Shown: positions 1 to 8,710 of the stretch, piece by piece
How positions within the stretch are numbered: the first letter of the stretch is position 1
Layout of the letters: each line of letters begins with the position of its first letter
Source of the DNA: Candidatus Odinarchaeota archaeon
Lineage (GTDB): Archaea; Asgardarchaeota; Odinarchaeia; Odinarchaeales; Odinarchaeaceae
Reading direction: 5' to 3'
NCBI GenBank assembly: GCA_016839265.1
Contig: JAEOUO010000003.1
Span: 1-32,000 of the forward strand
DNA length: 32,000 bases
Program-made: the position numbers and the translations under genes
The notes under the pieces: generated by a model
The model's input: only the letters and a program-made list of their open reading frames with translations
Databases searched by the model: none
Told to the model about the DNA's origin: nothing

Positions 1-127
1 TGTTTCCGGTTGTTATCATGACTTTGAACATTAAATAGAGTTCTTTTGTGAATTTTTCGGCGATTTGGAGGCATTCTAGGGCTTGTTCTCTGCTTAAATA
101 TTTTGGTATTGTTTTATGCCGGCGCAC
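1..127 (-). CDS. 5' end of a probable tyrosine recombinase/integrase (runs off the window; not in ORF track)
   Basis: Reverse strand from GTG at 127 (GGTGGT RBS just upstream) reads MRRHKTIPKYLSREQALECLQIAEKFTKELYLMFKVMITTGN plus one base A (compatible with an AGR Arg codon). This matches the P-x-Y-L-[ST]...helix...TG-x-R start of the tyrosine recombinase catalytic domain. Confidence 0.65.
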   Translation of the reverse strand, partial: MRRHKTIPKYLSREQALECLQIAEKFTKELYLMFKVMITTGN

Positions 128-161
128 CTATACCACCAACAAAATATCACATTTTGTTTGA

Positions 162-188
162 AAAATAAGGTTTAAGTCGCCTTATTTT
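162..188. promoter_or_regulatory. 9-bp inverted repeat between the putative TATA box and the start of the recombinase gene
   Basis: AAAATAAGG-N9-CCTTATTTT; minus-strand TTTATATAT TATA-like box at ~187-197. Confidence 0.4.
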
Positions 189-608
189 ATATATAAATAG
201 TAACTGAAATCTTTAAAAATCTTACGACGAAAGCGAAAACCAACAGTTCAACACCGTTTACCCCTACTCGAACAAGCCGTACATTAAAAAATTTGCCCCA
301 CCGTTAAAATAAATAAAAATGCAATTTTTACGTTTTCTAAAAATAGAAAAATATTTTGATTATTAGAAAAATAAAAATAAAATAAAAATTTTATTGTAAA
401 AATAAATTTTTTAATAAATTTTAACAATATACTATAACCAAAAAATTTATTGTATGATTTAATTTTATTATTAAAAATAAAAATTTAATTATATAACTAT
501 ATAACATTATTACTATTTATAATAAATTTATAGCATAAATAGAAACATATTCAGCGTAAAATTAATAATAAACCTCCATTAATAATAAATAAATAGCCGG
601 GCGATATT

Positions 609-1526
609 ATGCAGGAAACCCCGCTTATCATATTCACTACCAGTTTAGCTAATGCAACACTATGGTTGACGGCAGCCAGTTATATATATTATAAAAACCA
701 TAAAAGAATAAACCCGTTGGCTGAAAGCTTCCTCATATTATGCTTAACATTAACAGTTTCTCTACCGTTAGCAACCATAGAAGTATATTATCCGAAAGGC
801 ATAGTTTTCGCCACCGCCAACCTAATTTACACAATACTAATCGCAGCAGGCATCCTAGTTTTAATAAACGGTTTAATCAAAATATATTATTCTAATATTA
901 ATGTGAAACATGTAATAATAACAGCAGCGGCTATAGTAGTCTTATTAAAATTCTATAATTACCTTGACTGGGTAATATTAGATTTACCGGTCGCTGATCA
1001 GGTTAGCTTAACAGTAGATATATTAGTCTTATCTATAATAATCGCCGTTATCCCAGTCAGCTTAAAAGCTCATAGAAAAGTGCGCTCCAATATCCTTAAA
1101 GCGAAGCTTGAACTGCTGATAGCCGCGATCATATTCATGTTAACAGCTGTGGTAATAATAGTGACACCCGGTAATCCGCTTTACAACTACCGGTTCATAA
1201 TCGGCATAAGCCTCCTCATCCCGTTTACTATCCTAGGAGTAGCCTCAGTAACATACCGACATAAAGAAACACTCCAATTAACCATAGTAACACAGAAAAA
1301 CACTGAAGAGAATAAATTCGAGCAAAAAGTAGCGGCGCTGCTATTAAAACACACCTCTAAAGAAGGATCTTGCGAGTATTATGATCCTAATTTGAAATCT
1401 AAGTGTAAACTAGACCCGTCCAGTTACAGGCTTGAAGACTGTAAAGGATTAAAATATAGAAACGGATTCATATGCCCGAAAATACTAAGACAGGAACAAG
1501 AACAAGATAGTTTTTTTAAAAAATAA
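609..1526 (+). CDS. uncharacterised 7-TM membrane protein with C-terminal Cys4 domain (paralog 1)
   Basis: About seven hydrophobic segments, then a soluble tail with C-x10-C-x11-C-x10-C. Confidence 0.85.
   Translation: MQETPLIIFTTSLANATLWLTAASYIYYKNHKRINPLAESFLILCLTLTVSLPLATIEVYYPKGIVFATANLIYTILIAAGILVLINGLIKIYYSNINVKHVIITAAAIVVLLKFYNYLDWVILDLPVADQVSLTVDILVLSIIIAVIPVSLKAHRKVRSNILKAKLELLIAAIIFMLTAVVIIVTPGNPLYNYRFIIGISLLIPFTILGVASVTYRHKETLQLTIVTQKNTEENKFEQKVAALLLKHTSKEGSCEYYDPNLKSKCKLDPSSYRLEDCKGLKYRNGFICPKILRQEQEQDSFFKK
1346..1497 (+). repeat. 152-bp perfect direct repeat, copy 1
   Basis: Base-by-base identical to 2337-2488 (offset 991 bp); encodes the 50 aa KHTSKEGSC...CPKILRQE. Confidence 0.97.
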
Positions 1527-1570
1527 ATTTACGCTAAAAAATTTTTATATATTAAAAACTCTGATTAGAC

Positions 1571-1588
1571 GATTAAAAAATTTTAATC
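1571..1588. promoter_or_regulatory. probable own promoter/operator of paralog 2
   Basis: TTTATATA at ~1544-1551, inverted repeat GATTAAAA-aa-TTTTAATC, then GGTGG RBS before ATG 1603. Confidence 0.35.
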
Positions 1589-1602
1589 ATAGGTGGCATT
1601 AT

Positions 1603-2508
1603 ATGCTACAATCTGAGCCTCTAATATTATTGTTAGGTATTATAGCAGCAACACCCTGGATCGCCACCATTATACTATTACGTAAAAGAAGCTGCAAAAA
1701 AATAGATCCGTTCACTAACGGCTACATCATCGCAGCGTTCCTTTTCACAACGACCATAATTTTAAGCTCACTTCAAAGCTTACCGGTAACAAGCTTTATA
1801 GAAGCGTATATAAGCTTATCTTATACAGTTTCATATCTTGGAGGAGTCACATCAATACTATATGTTTTATTAAAAGTATACTATCCTAGAAAACTTAACC
1901 AGCAAATTCTTTTAACAGTTTCAACACTCGCCTTACTAACTAAAATATACGATCACATAGATTGGGCGGTTACCCCGGTCCCGTATCCTGAAGAGGTTTT
2001 AACAATATCACATACTCTAATAGTGTTATTAACGGTCAGCTGGATTATTTTAACAGTTAAAGCTTACAGAATAGTGAAAATAGAAATATTAAAAACCAGG
2101 CTTAAACTTCTAGCATTCGCGGCAATTCTCATATTAATAGAAGTATTGATAATAGTGGTGCCTGGAACCCCCTTATACGATTACTGGTGGCTTACAGGTG
2201 CTATATTAGTAACACCGTTCTCAATTCTAGGCGCTTTAGCGGTAACATATAAACATGAATATTTAGATAAGCTTATAGGCTTAGAAACCGGCGGCATAAA
2301 AGGAACAAGAGAAGAGAAAACGATCGCTATTTTAACAAAACACACCTCTAAAGAAGGATCTTGCGAGTATTATGATCCTAATTTGAAATCTAAGTGTAAA
2401 CTAGACCCGTCCAGTTACAGGCTTGAAGACTGTAAAGGATTAAAATATAGAAACGGATTCATATGCCCGAAAATACTAAGACAGGAACGGAAGCAGCAGG
2501 ACGCTTAA
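1603..2508 (+). CDS. uncharacterised 7-TM membrane protein with C-terminal Cys4 domain (paralog 2)
   Basis: Same hydrophobic pattern as paralog 1, with shared motifs LxKxYY, KxYxxxDW, IIVxPGxPLYxY, PFxILG and VTYxH. Confidence 0.85.
   Translation: MLQSEPLILLLGIIAATPWIATIILLRKRSCKKIDPFTNGYIIAAFLFTTTIILSSLQSLPVTSFIEAYISLSYTVSYLGGVTSILYVLLKVYYPRKLNQQILLTVSTLALLTKIYDHIDWAVTPVPYPEEVLTISHTLIVLLTVSWIILTVKAYRIVKIEILKTRLKLLAFAAILILIEVLIIVVPGTPLYDYWWLTGAILVTPFSILGALAVTYKHEYLDKLIGLETGGIKGTREEKTIAILTKHTSKEGSCEYYDPNLKSKCKLDPSSYRLEDCKGLKYRNGFICPKILRQERKQQDA
2337..2488 (+). repeat. 152-bp perfect direct repeat, copy 2
   Basis: Identical to 1346-1497. Confidence 0.97.
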
Positions 2509-2643
2509 TAAGATTTTAAACCGCGTAGTAAACGTTAAAGTTAACGAAAAACATATTATTCTCTACGGTACATAAATCATAAGAGTATTCACTTTAACCG
2601 ATAAACATAATCGAAAAATAAAAGAAAATAATAAGTAAAGTTT

Positions 2644-2993
2644 TTATTCTATTCCAAGTCTGGAAGTTAATTTAACCATCAGAAAGATTACAGACGCCAC
2701 TATAATGAATGTTATTAAAGTACTTAAGAAGAGTCTAATGTGAAGGGTGCGATACTTCAGGACTCCCAGCCAATTCCAGACGGTAGAATAAAGTTTACAA
2801 GAGGGAGAATAAACGAATTTACAAGCGCCTGAATAAGGTTACCTAAATAAATAGTCAGGATGAAGGCGACAGCTAACCCTATAATCTTATATTTAGCTAT
2901 GAACATTTTGAATTCTTCTAAAAAATTCTTCGGTTTAGGTTCAAGAATAGCTCTTATCTTTTTCAACTCTTCTAAAATTTCATTATTCGACAT
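2644..2993 (-). pseudogene. mscL: large-conductance mechanosensitive channel MscL, interrupted
   Basis: N-part FLEEFKMFIAKYKIIGLAVAFIL...LVNSFILP is the MscL S1/TM1 signature. After TGA at 2757-2759 the frame continues SIAPFTL; a frameshift at ~2734 gives TM2-like LFLSTLITFIIVASVIFLMVKLTSRLGIE* ending at 2644. Confidence 0.8.
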
Positions 2994-3101
2994 TTTTAAC
3001 TCTTAATTAAATTTAATTGTTTATAGATAGATTAAATAACGTTTAATGCGTTTACTTGTATAAAAACATATAAATTTTAGAATTTTAAAATAAAAAACTC
3101 G

Positions 3102-5699
3102 GTGATAGTTTTGACAGCGATAGCTAATAGGCTCAGATTCAGAAATAAACAGTTCAGCGGAGACGTTAACCCCCAGCAGTTAATAGAGTTAGATAAACTG
3201 TTATCGGAGCCGATTGAAAAAGTATACTATTATTTGAATACATCTGAAGAAGGGTTCAGCTCAGAGAACGCGGAGGCTTTAATCGACATCTACGGTTACA
3301 ATGAGTTAACAGGTAAAAAAAGAAAGATAAGCTTACTACAGTTTCTGGAACATTTCAAAAACCCGATTCTACTAATATTATTGGTTGCCGGGTTAATCTC
3401 CATCTTCTTTAATGAGTTAATTAACGCGATAATAATATTCACAATTATCGGGGTAAGCGTGGTTTTAGACTATTACCAGGAGGCTAAAGCTGATAAAGCC
3501 GCAGCTCTCCTGAAACAGAAAGTCACAACCACAGCCACTTTGTTGCGGGATGGTGTTAAAAAAGAGGTTAAAATATCAGAAATCATACCAGGAGACATAA
3601 TATATCTATCCGCAGGTGATATGATACCGGCTGATAGCCGAATTATATTCGCTAAAGACTTCTTTGTAAACCAGTCTGCTTTAACCGGGGAATCAGCCCC
3701 CGTAGAGAAGAAACCCATCATAGAAAAATCTTATATAAATATTACCGAGTACAGTAACGCTGTTTTTCTAGGCACATCCGTGGTAAGCGGTGCAGCTATC
3801 GCGGTCGCTCTTAAAACAGGGCCTTTCACAGTTTACGGTAGAATAGCAAGCAGACTAGCCAGTAAACCCCCTGAAACAGAATATCAGAAAGGTTTAAGAC
3901 GATTCGGATACTTGTTATTACAAGTCACATTCACTTTAATCATCTTCGTGTTTTTCGTAAACGCGCTTATCCGCGGCGAAATATTAGATTCTCTCATATT
4001 CGCTGTAGCGTTAGCGGTTGGTTTAACCCCTGATCTTCTACCTATGATTCTCTCAGTTAATCTCTCCAGCGGAGCTATTCAAATGGCTAAAAAAGGTGTA
4101 ATAGTGAAGAGGCTGTCTGCAATACAAAACTTTGGAAGCATGAATGTTTTATGTTCTGATAAAACCGGTACACTAACCGAGAATAAAATAGTTTTAGTTA
4201 AACACATCGATGTAAACGGTCAAGATGATGAAAAAGTCTTATTATACTCTTATCTTAACAGTTACTATCAAACCGGTCTAAAAAGCCCTCTAGATGAAGC
4301 TATTTTAAAACACCGTGAATTGAAAATAAAAGACTATAAGAAGATAGATGAAATACCATTCGACTTCAATAGAAAACGTATCACGATAGTAATTGAACAG
4401 GCGGGTGAACGTATACTCATATCGAAAGGAGCCCCTGAAGAAATACATAAAATATGTTCAAGTATAGAAGAGCACGGGGAAGTAAAATCTCTAAATGAAG
4501 AATTAGAAAAGAGAATTACAGAAAGATTCATAGAGTTAAGTGAAGAAGGGTTTAGAGTTTTAAGCGTATGTTATAGAAAAGACTACTCTAATAAAACAGT
4601 GTACGATATTACAGATGAAAAAGAAATGGTTTTCTTAGGATTCGTCGCCTTTATAGATCCGCCTAAAGAGAGTGTGAAAGAATCAATAAAACTGTTAAAA
4701 GAAGCGGGAATCGAACTTAAAATATTAACCGGTGACAATGAGCTTGTTACACGGAAAATATGCGAGTATATTGGATTAGAGATTAAAGGAGTAGTTTTAG
4801 GTGAACGCGTCAGTGAAGCTGACGGAGCCGCCTTAGCTAGAATAGTAGAGGAAAACAATATTTTCTGCAGAGTGACCCCCGCGGATAAAGAGAGAATAAT
4901 CGATACACTTAAAGAAAACGGTCATGTAGTAGGATTTCTAGGAGATGGAATAAATGATGCGCCTTCACTTCGAACAGCGGATGTAGGTATCTCAGTGGAT
5001 AATGCTGTAGATATCGCTAAAGAATCCGCTGACATAATATTATTAGAGAAAAAACTACGCGTATTACATGACGGTGTGATTGAAGGCCGGAAAACTTTCA
5101 CAAACACGTTAAAATATATTGCAATCGGCGTCAGCTCTAACTTCGGTAACATGTTCAGCGTAGCCGGCGCCTCATTCTTTCTACCCTTTCTCCCCATGCA
5201 ACCAGGTCAAATATTATTAAATAATTTATTATATGATGCTGCTCAAATACCTTTACCTACTGATAGCGTTGATAAAGAGTTCATTGAACAACCTAGAAGA
5301 TGGGATATGACTCAGATTCGTAACGCAATGTTCTATTTCGGACCGATCAGCTCCATATTCGATTACATAACATTCTTTGTAATGTTATACTTCTTCCACG
5401 CTACACCGGCACTCTTTCAAACAGCCTGGTTCACAGAATCCTTGATAACACAACTGTTAGTTGTTTATTTTATTAGAACAAGCCGACCATTCTATAAAAG
5501 CCGGCCTAGTAAATCTCTACTAATCTCCGGGTTAATTACATTAACGGTTGCCTTAATATTACCGTACACGATCATAGGAGAAATATTCGGTTTCACTGTT
5601 CCCCCCCCAATATTCTATTTAGCTTTAACGTTAATAGTGGCAGCTTATCTTATACTCGTGGAAATAGCTAAGAGAAAATTCTATAAAATATACAGGTAA
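3102..5699 (+). CDS. mgtA: magnesium-translocating P-type ATPase (P3B)
   Basis: TGES, PDLLP, DKTGT, KGAPEE, GDGIND motifs and the MgtA-typical SSNFGN...QILLNNLLYD; the true start may be TTG 3111. Confidence 0.9.
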   Translation: MIVLTAIANRLRFRNKQFSGDVNPQQLIELDKLLSEPIEKVYYYLNTSEEGFSSENAEALIDIYGYNELTGKKRKISLLQFLEHFKNPILLILLVAGLISIFFNELINAIIIFTIIGVSVVLDYYQEAKADKAAALLKQKVTTTATLLRDGVKKEVKISEIIPGDIIYLSAGDMIPADSRIIFAKDFFVNQSALTGESAPVEKKPIIEKSYINITEYSNAVFLGTSVVSGAAIAVALKTGPFTVYGRIASRLASKPPETEYQKGLRRFGYLLLQVTFTLIIFVFFVNALIRGEILDSLIFAVALAVGLTPDLLPMILSVNLSSGAIQMAKKGVIVKRLSAIQNFGSMNVLCSDKTGTLTENKIVLVKHIDVNGQDDEKVLLYSYLNSYYQTGLKSPLDEAILKHRELKIKDYKKIDEIPFDFNRKRITIVIEQAGERILISKGAPEEIHKICSSIEEHGEVKSLNEELEKRITERFIELSEEGFRVLSVCYRKDYSNKTVYDITDEKEMVFLGFVAFIDPPKESVKESIKLLKEAGIELKILTGDNELVTRKICEYIGLEIKGVVLGERVSEADGAALARIVEENNIFCRVTPADKERIIDTLKENGHVVGFLGDGINDAPSLRTADVGISVDNAVDIAKESADIILLEKKLRVLHDGVIEGRKTFTNTLKYIAIGVSSNFGNMFSVAGASFFLPFLPMQPGQILLNNLLYDAAQIPLPTDSVDKEFIEQPRRWDMTQIRNAMFYFGPISSIFDYITFFVMLYFFHATPALFQTAWFTESLITQLLVVYFIRTSRPFYKSRPSKSLLISGLITLTVALILPYTIIGEIFGFTVPPPIFYLALTLIVAAYLILVEIAKRKFYKIYR

Positions 5700-5801
5700 A
5701 TTCTTGTCTAAAACAGTTTTTAATTTATGCTAGGCTGTTAAGTGAAATTTTAGCTTCATAGATACGTTCATAAATTGTTAATAATTAGAGAATAGCTACA
5801 A

Positions 5802-6497
5802 TTAACTTGAAGATAACTCTTTTAATAATTGAAGCATTCGACGCCCGTTCTCTAGCATACTATCATTATTAAAGAAAACATAGATTTTAAACGGTTTTAA
5901 GTCAAGGATTTTACCTGCAACTTCTTCAAGCTCACGGTCACTATAACGGTGCGTATACCATGCACTGCGACCGTGCATACGTAAATAAACTATTCCATTC
6001 ACTTTATAAACGTTTAAAGGAAGTTTAGGTGAGTCCACGCTTACAAAAACTACACCGTGTTCTTCAGCCCAATTCACATACTCTTCACTAAACCATTCAA
6101 TGTTTCTAGCCTCCAAAGCGATTCTGCCTGGTAAATTAATATTAGCGATGAAATCCTCTATAACATTAACAGAGTCAGTGTGAATTGAAGGAGGCAGCTG
6201 AAACAGGTAGAAGTCGATTAAATCATTTAACGGCTTAAATAAATCTATAAAACTATTAAAAAAATTTAAAGAATCACCGGTAAACTTGAATACATGTGTA
6301 ATCATCCGGTTAACTTTAATAACCCAACGGAGAGCTGCGGCTTTATCAACCCAGTTTCTAATCATTTTATCCTGCGGTATACGATAAAAACTCATGTTTA
6401 ACTCTACAGCGTTAAACCCGGATTCTCTCACATACCAGTCTAAACCCCCTTTATTCCAACGGTAAGCCCATCCGCAGGTGCCTACAAATATATCCAT
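5802..6497 (-). CDS. DUF72 (YecE-like) family protein
   Basis: GTCGWAY, AVELNMSFYRIP, LFQLPPS, YLRMHGR, YVFFNND motifs. Confidence 0.85.
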   Translation of the reverse strand: MDIFVGTCGWAYRWNKGGLDWYVRESGFNAVELNMSFYRIPQDKMIRNWVDKAAALRWVIKVNRMITHVFKFTGDSLNFFNSFIDLFKPLNDLIDFYLFQLPPSIHTDSVNVIEDFIANINLPGRIALEARNIEWFSEEYVNWAEEHGVVFVSVDSPKLPLNVYKVNGIVYLRMHGRSAWYTHRYSDRELEEVAGKILDLKPFKIYVFFNNDSMLENGRRMLQLLKELSSS

Positions 6498-6693
6498 AGA
6501 ATTGTTTAAGATTTACGTTAAAATTAATTTTTCTATTGTGAACATAGATTAATATTCTAATTTAGAATAATATCTTATAGTCAGGTTAAATACAGGGCTT
6601 TAAATCAGTTTATCACTATAATGAAACATAAAGGTTTCCGCTTAATCTAATAAAATCATATACGTTAATGAAGCGGAAATAAAAAATAGTAAA

Positions 6694-7140
6694 TTATTGA
6701 ATCTCGACTTTGAAACTTTTCTTCTCTTCTTTCTTAGGCAGTTTAATCTCTAAAACACCGTTTTTATAAGAGGCTTTAGCCTGTTCAGCGTCTACAGGTG
6801 TCGGTAAAGACAGCTTCCTGTAAAATTTCCTGTAAACTCTTTCACGGCGAATATACCCTTTATCCTCCTCTTTCTCCTCTCTCTTAACCTCGGAGGATAT
6901 TTCAAGACTGTCCTCTGAAACTTTTATCTGAATATCATCTTTGCTTACACCGGGTATGTCAGAGGTGACTATAAGTTCGCTTTCAGTTTCCATAATATCT
7001 ACATCCGGTGTTTTAACCTCTATTTCACCGGTTTTTTCACCTGGAAGAGCAGGGTACGGCTCCTCCCATATACGAGACATTAACTCATCCATTCTCTCCC
7101 ACATACGCCGAATCTCATCGAAGAAAGATCTCCGCGGCAT
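6694..7140 (-). CDS. hsp20: small heat-shock protein (Hsp20/alpha-crystallin family)
   Basis: PDVDIME...DIPGVSKDDI...A-x-YKNGVLEIKLPK alpha-crystallin domain. Confidence 0.95.
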   Translation of the reverse strand: MPRRSFFDEIRRMWERMDELMSRIWEEPYPALPGEKTGEIEVKTPDVDIMETESELIVTSDIPGVSKDDIQIKVSEDSLEISSEVKREEKEEDKGYIRRERVYRKFYRKLSLPTPVDAEQAKASYKNGVLEIKLPKKEEKKSFKVEIQ

Positions 7141-7152
7141 AACATCCCTCCC

Positions 7153-7194
7153 TAGTTTAAACTATAATAAAAATATAGTTTCAAATAATATAAA
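7153..7194 (-). promoter_or_regulatory. hsp20 promoter with candidate repressor operator
   Basis: Minus-strand TTTATATT at 7187-7194, AAACTATA-N7-TATAGTTT at 7159-7181, and overlapping palindrome TAGTTTAAACTA at 7153-7164. Confidence 0.5.
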
Positions 7195-7214
7195 GATACC
7201 GAAAGAATTAGAAG

Positions 7215-8615
7215 CTATTCTAAGATTACGCGAACCCCTGAAGGGGTATCAACTAAAATAACACCTTCAGATTTTAGAAGCTCCCTGATTTGATCAGCTT
7301 CAGCCCAGTTTTTAACCAGCCTAGCCTGCTCACGCTTAAATATAAGCTCTCTTATTTTAGCAGGTAAAATAGGTGTTTTATCGGAGAATTTTAGCCCTAA
7401 AACATTAGATAACTCTATGAAAATGTTTAAAACAGCTTCAACCAGTTGTAAATTACGCTCGGAGACTCTGTTATTAATATATTTAGCTAGTTTATGTAAA
7501 ACTTGAAGAGCTAGAGGAGTGTTTAAATCATCATTCATAGCTGTTTTGAAAGAGTTCTGGAATTCGATTAACTTCCTGTTTATCGTTTGCAAGGATTTTT
7601 CTGTTAAACTTTTTGAAAAGTGAACTGCACGCTGGTATGTTTCTTTCAACTTACTGTAATTGTTTACAGCGTTCCGGATAGTGTCAGAGGTTAAATCTAG
7701 TTTACGCTTGTAGTGAGCGGATATGAGAAAATACCGTAAAGCTCCCGGTTCATATTCTTTAAGTAAATCTTCTAACGTATAATAATTTCCCTCTGATTTA
7801 CTCATTTTTCTACCGTTCACTGTTAGATGCTCTGAGTGAACCCAGTATCGGACAACCCTCCCACCCGTATAAGCTTCAGATTGAGCTATCTCGTTTTCAT
7901 GATGTGGAAATATTAAGTCAACTCCACCTGTATGAATATCTATCCGTTCACCAAGATATTTCATCGACATCACAGAGCATTCAATATGCCAGCCGGGTCT
8001 AACAGGCCCCCACTCACTATAATAATAGACTCCATGCTCGATTTCCTCACGGCTAGCAGCTTTCAGTAAAGCGAAGTCTCTAGGATCATCTTTACCGTAT
8101 TCATCAGAGTCAACTGTTGAATACTCTTTTATATTTTCAAGGTTTATCTTAGAAAGCTTACCGTAGTCTCTAAACTTAGAGATATCATAGTAAACGCTGC
8201 CGGCTTTAACGTAAGCGTAACCTTTCTCTAATAAGTGTTTAGTTAACCGTAACATGTCTTCAATGTTTTCAGTTGCACGCGGATAAATATCAGCCGGCTT
8301 AATATTAAGTGTTTTTAAACCTTGAAAAAACACTTGAATATATTTGTCTGTGAATTCTTTTAAAGAAAACCCTAATCTTCTAGACTCTCTTATAGTTTTA
8401 TCATCAATATCTGTAATATTCATTACATGTTTAACATTATAACCGGTATACTCTAAGAATCTTTTAAGAACATCAGCCACGGTGAAACTCCGGTAGTTAC
8501 CGATATGAGGTGGAGCGTAAACTGTTGGGCCGCAAGAGTACATTTTAACATTTTTATTTTCAGCGGTGAAAACCTCTTTTACACCGGTTAAAGTATTATA
8601 AAGTTTTAAACTCAT
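7215..8615 (-). CDS. cysS: cysteinyl-tRNA synthetase
   Basis: CGPTVY, HIGN, GWHIECS, DIHTGGVDLIFPHHENE, KMSKS. Confidence 0.97.
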   Translation of the reverse strand: MSLKLYNTLTGVKEVFTAENKNVKMYSCGPTVYAPPHIGNYRSFTVADVLKRFLEYTGYNVKHVMNITDIDDKTIRESRRLGFSLKEFTDKYIQVFFQGLKTLNIKPADIYPRATENIEDMLRLTKHLLEKGYAYVKAGSVYYDISKFRDYGKLSKINLENIKEYSTVDSDEYGKDDPRDFALLKAASREEIEHGVYYYSEWGPVRPGWHIECSVMSMKYLGERIDIHTGGVDLIFPHHENEIAQSEAYTGGRVVRYWVHSEHLTVNGRKMSKSEGNYYTLEDLLKEYEPGALRYFLISAHYKRKLDLTSDTIRNAVNNYSKLKETYQRAVHFSKSLTEKSLQTINRKLIEFQNSFKTAMNDDLNTPLALQVLHKLAKYINNRVSERNLQLVEAVLNIFIELSNVLGLKFSDKTPILPAKIRELIFKREQARLVKNWAEADQIRELLKSEGVILVDTPSGVRVILE

Positions 8616-8629
8616 ATATTACACCTGGA

Positions 8630-8701
8630 AGCCGAGGAAGGGAATTGAACCCTTATTAATCCGCTTTGCAGGCGGACGCATAACCGTTCTGCCACCTCGG
8701 C
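8630..8701 (-). tRNA. tRNA-Cys (GCA), intronless, 72 nt
   Basis: Cloverleaf GCCGAGG/CCTCGGC acceptor, TCCGC-CTGCAAA-GCGGA anticodon arm, AAGGG-TTCAATT-CCCTT T-arm, U73 discriminator; CCA not directly encoded. Confidence 0.95.
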
Positions 8702-8710
8702 GTTTAAATA

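Noticed and set aside
130-608. fimS-like invertible promoter or CRISPR array in the AT-rich spacer
   Set aside because: No inverted repeats flanking a segment of invertible size and no regularly spaced repeats; only short AT-rich repeats
1346-2488. Diversity-generating retroelement (template/variable repeat pair)
   Set aside because: The two copies have no differences, adenine-specific or otherwise; both are inside CDSs; no reverse transcriptase is in the window
3473-5197. Four minus-strand ORFs inside mgtA (3473, 4334, 4583, 4922)
   Set aside because: Antisense shadows of a highly conserved gene, with no motifs
6553-6569. Palindrome TATTCTAA-t-TTAGAATA upstream of DUF72
   Set aside because: AT-rich and not clearly positioned relative to a TATA box; could be chance
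8626-8660. tRNA-Cys 3' end as an integration (att) site
   Set aside because: No duplicated tRNA 3' fragment noticed elsewhere in the window, and the flanks are housekeeping genes
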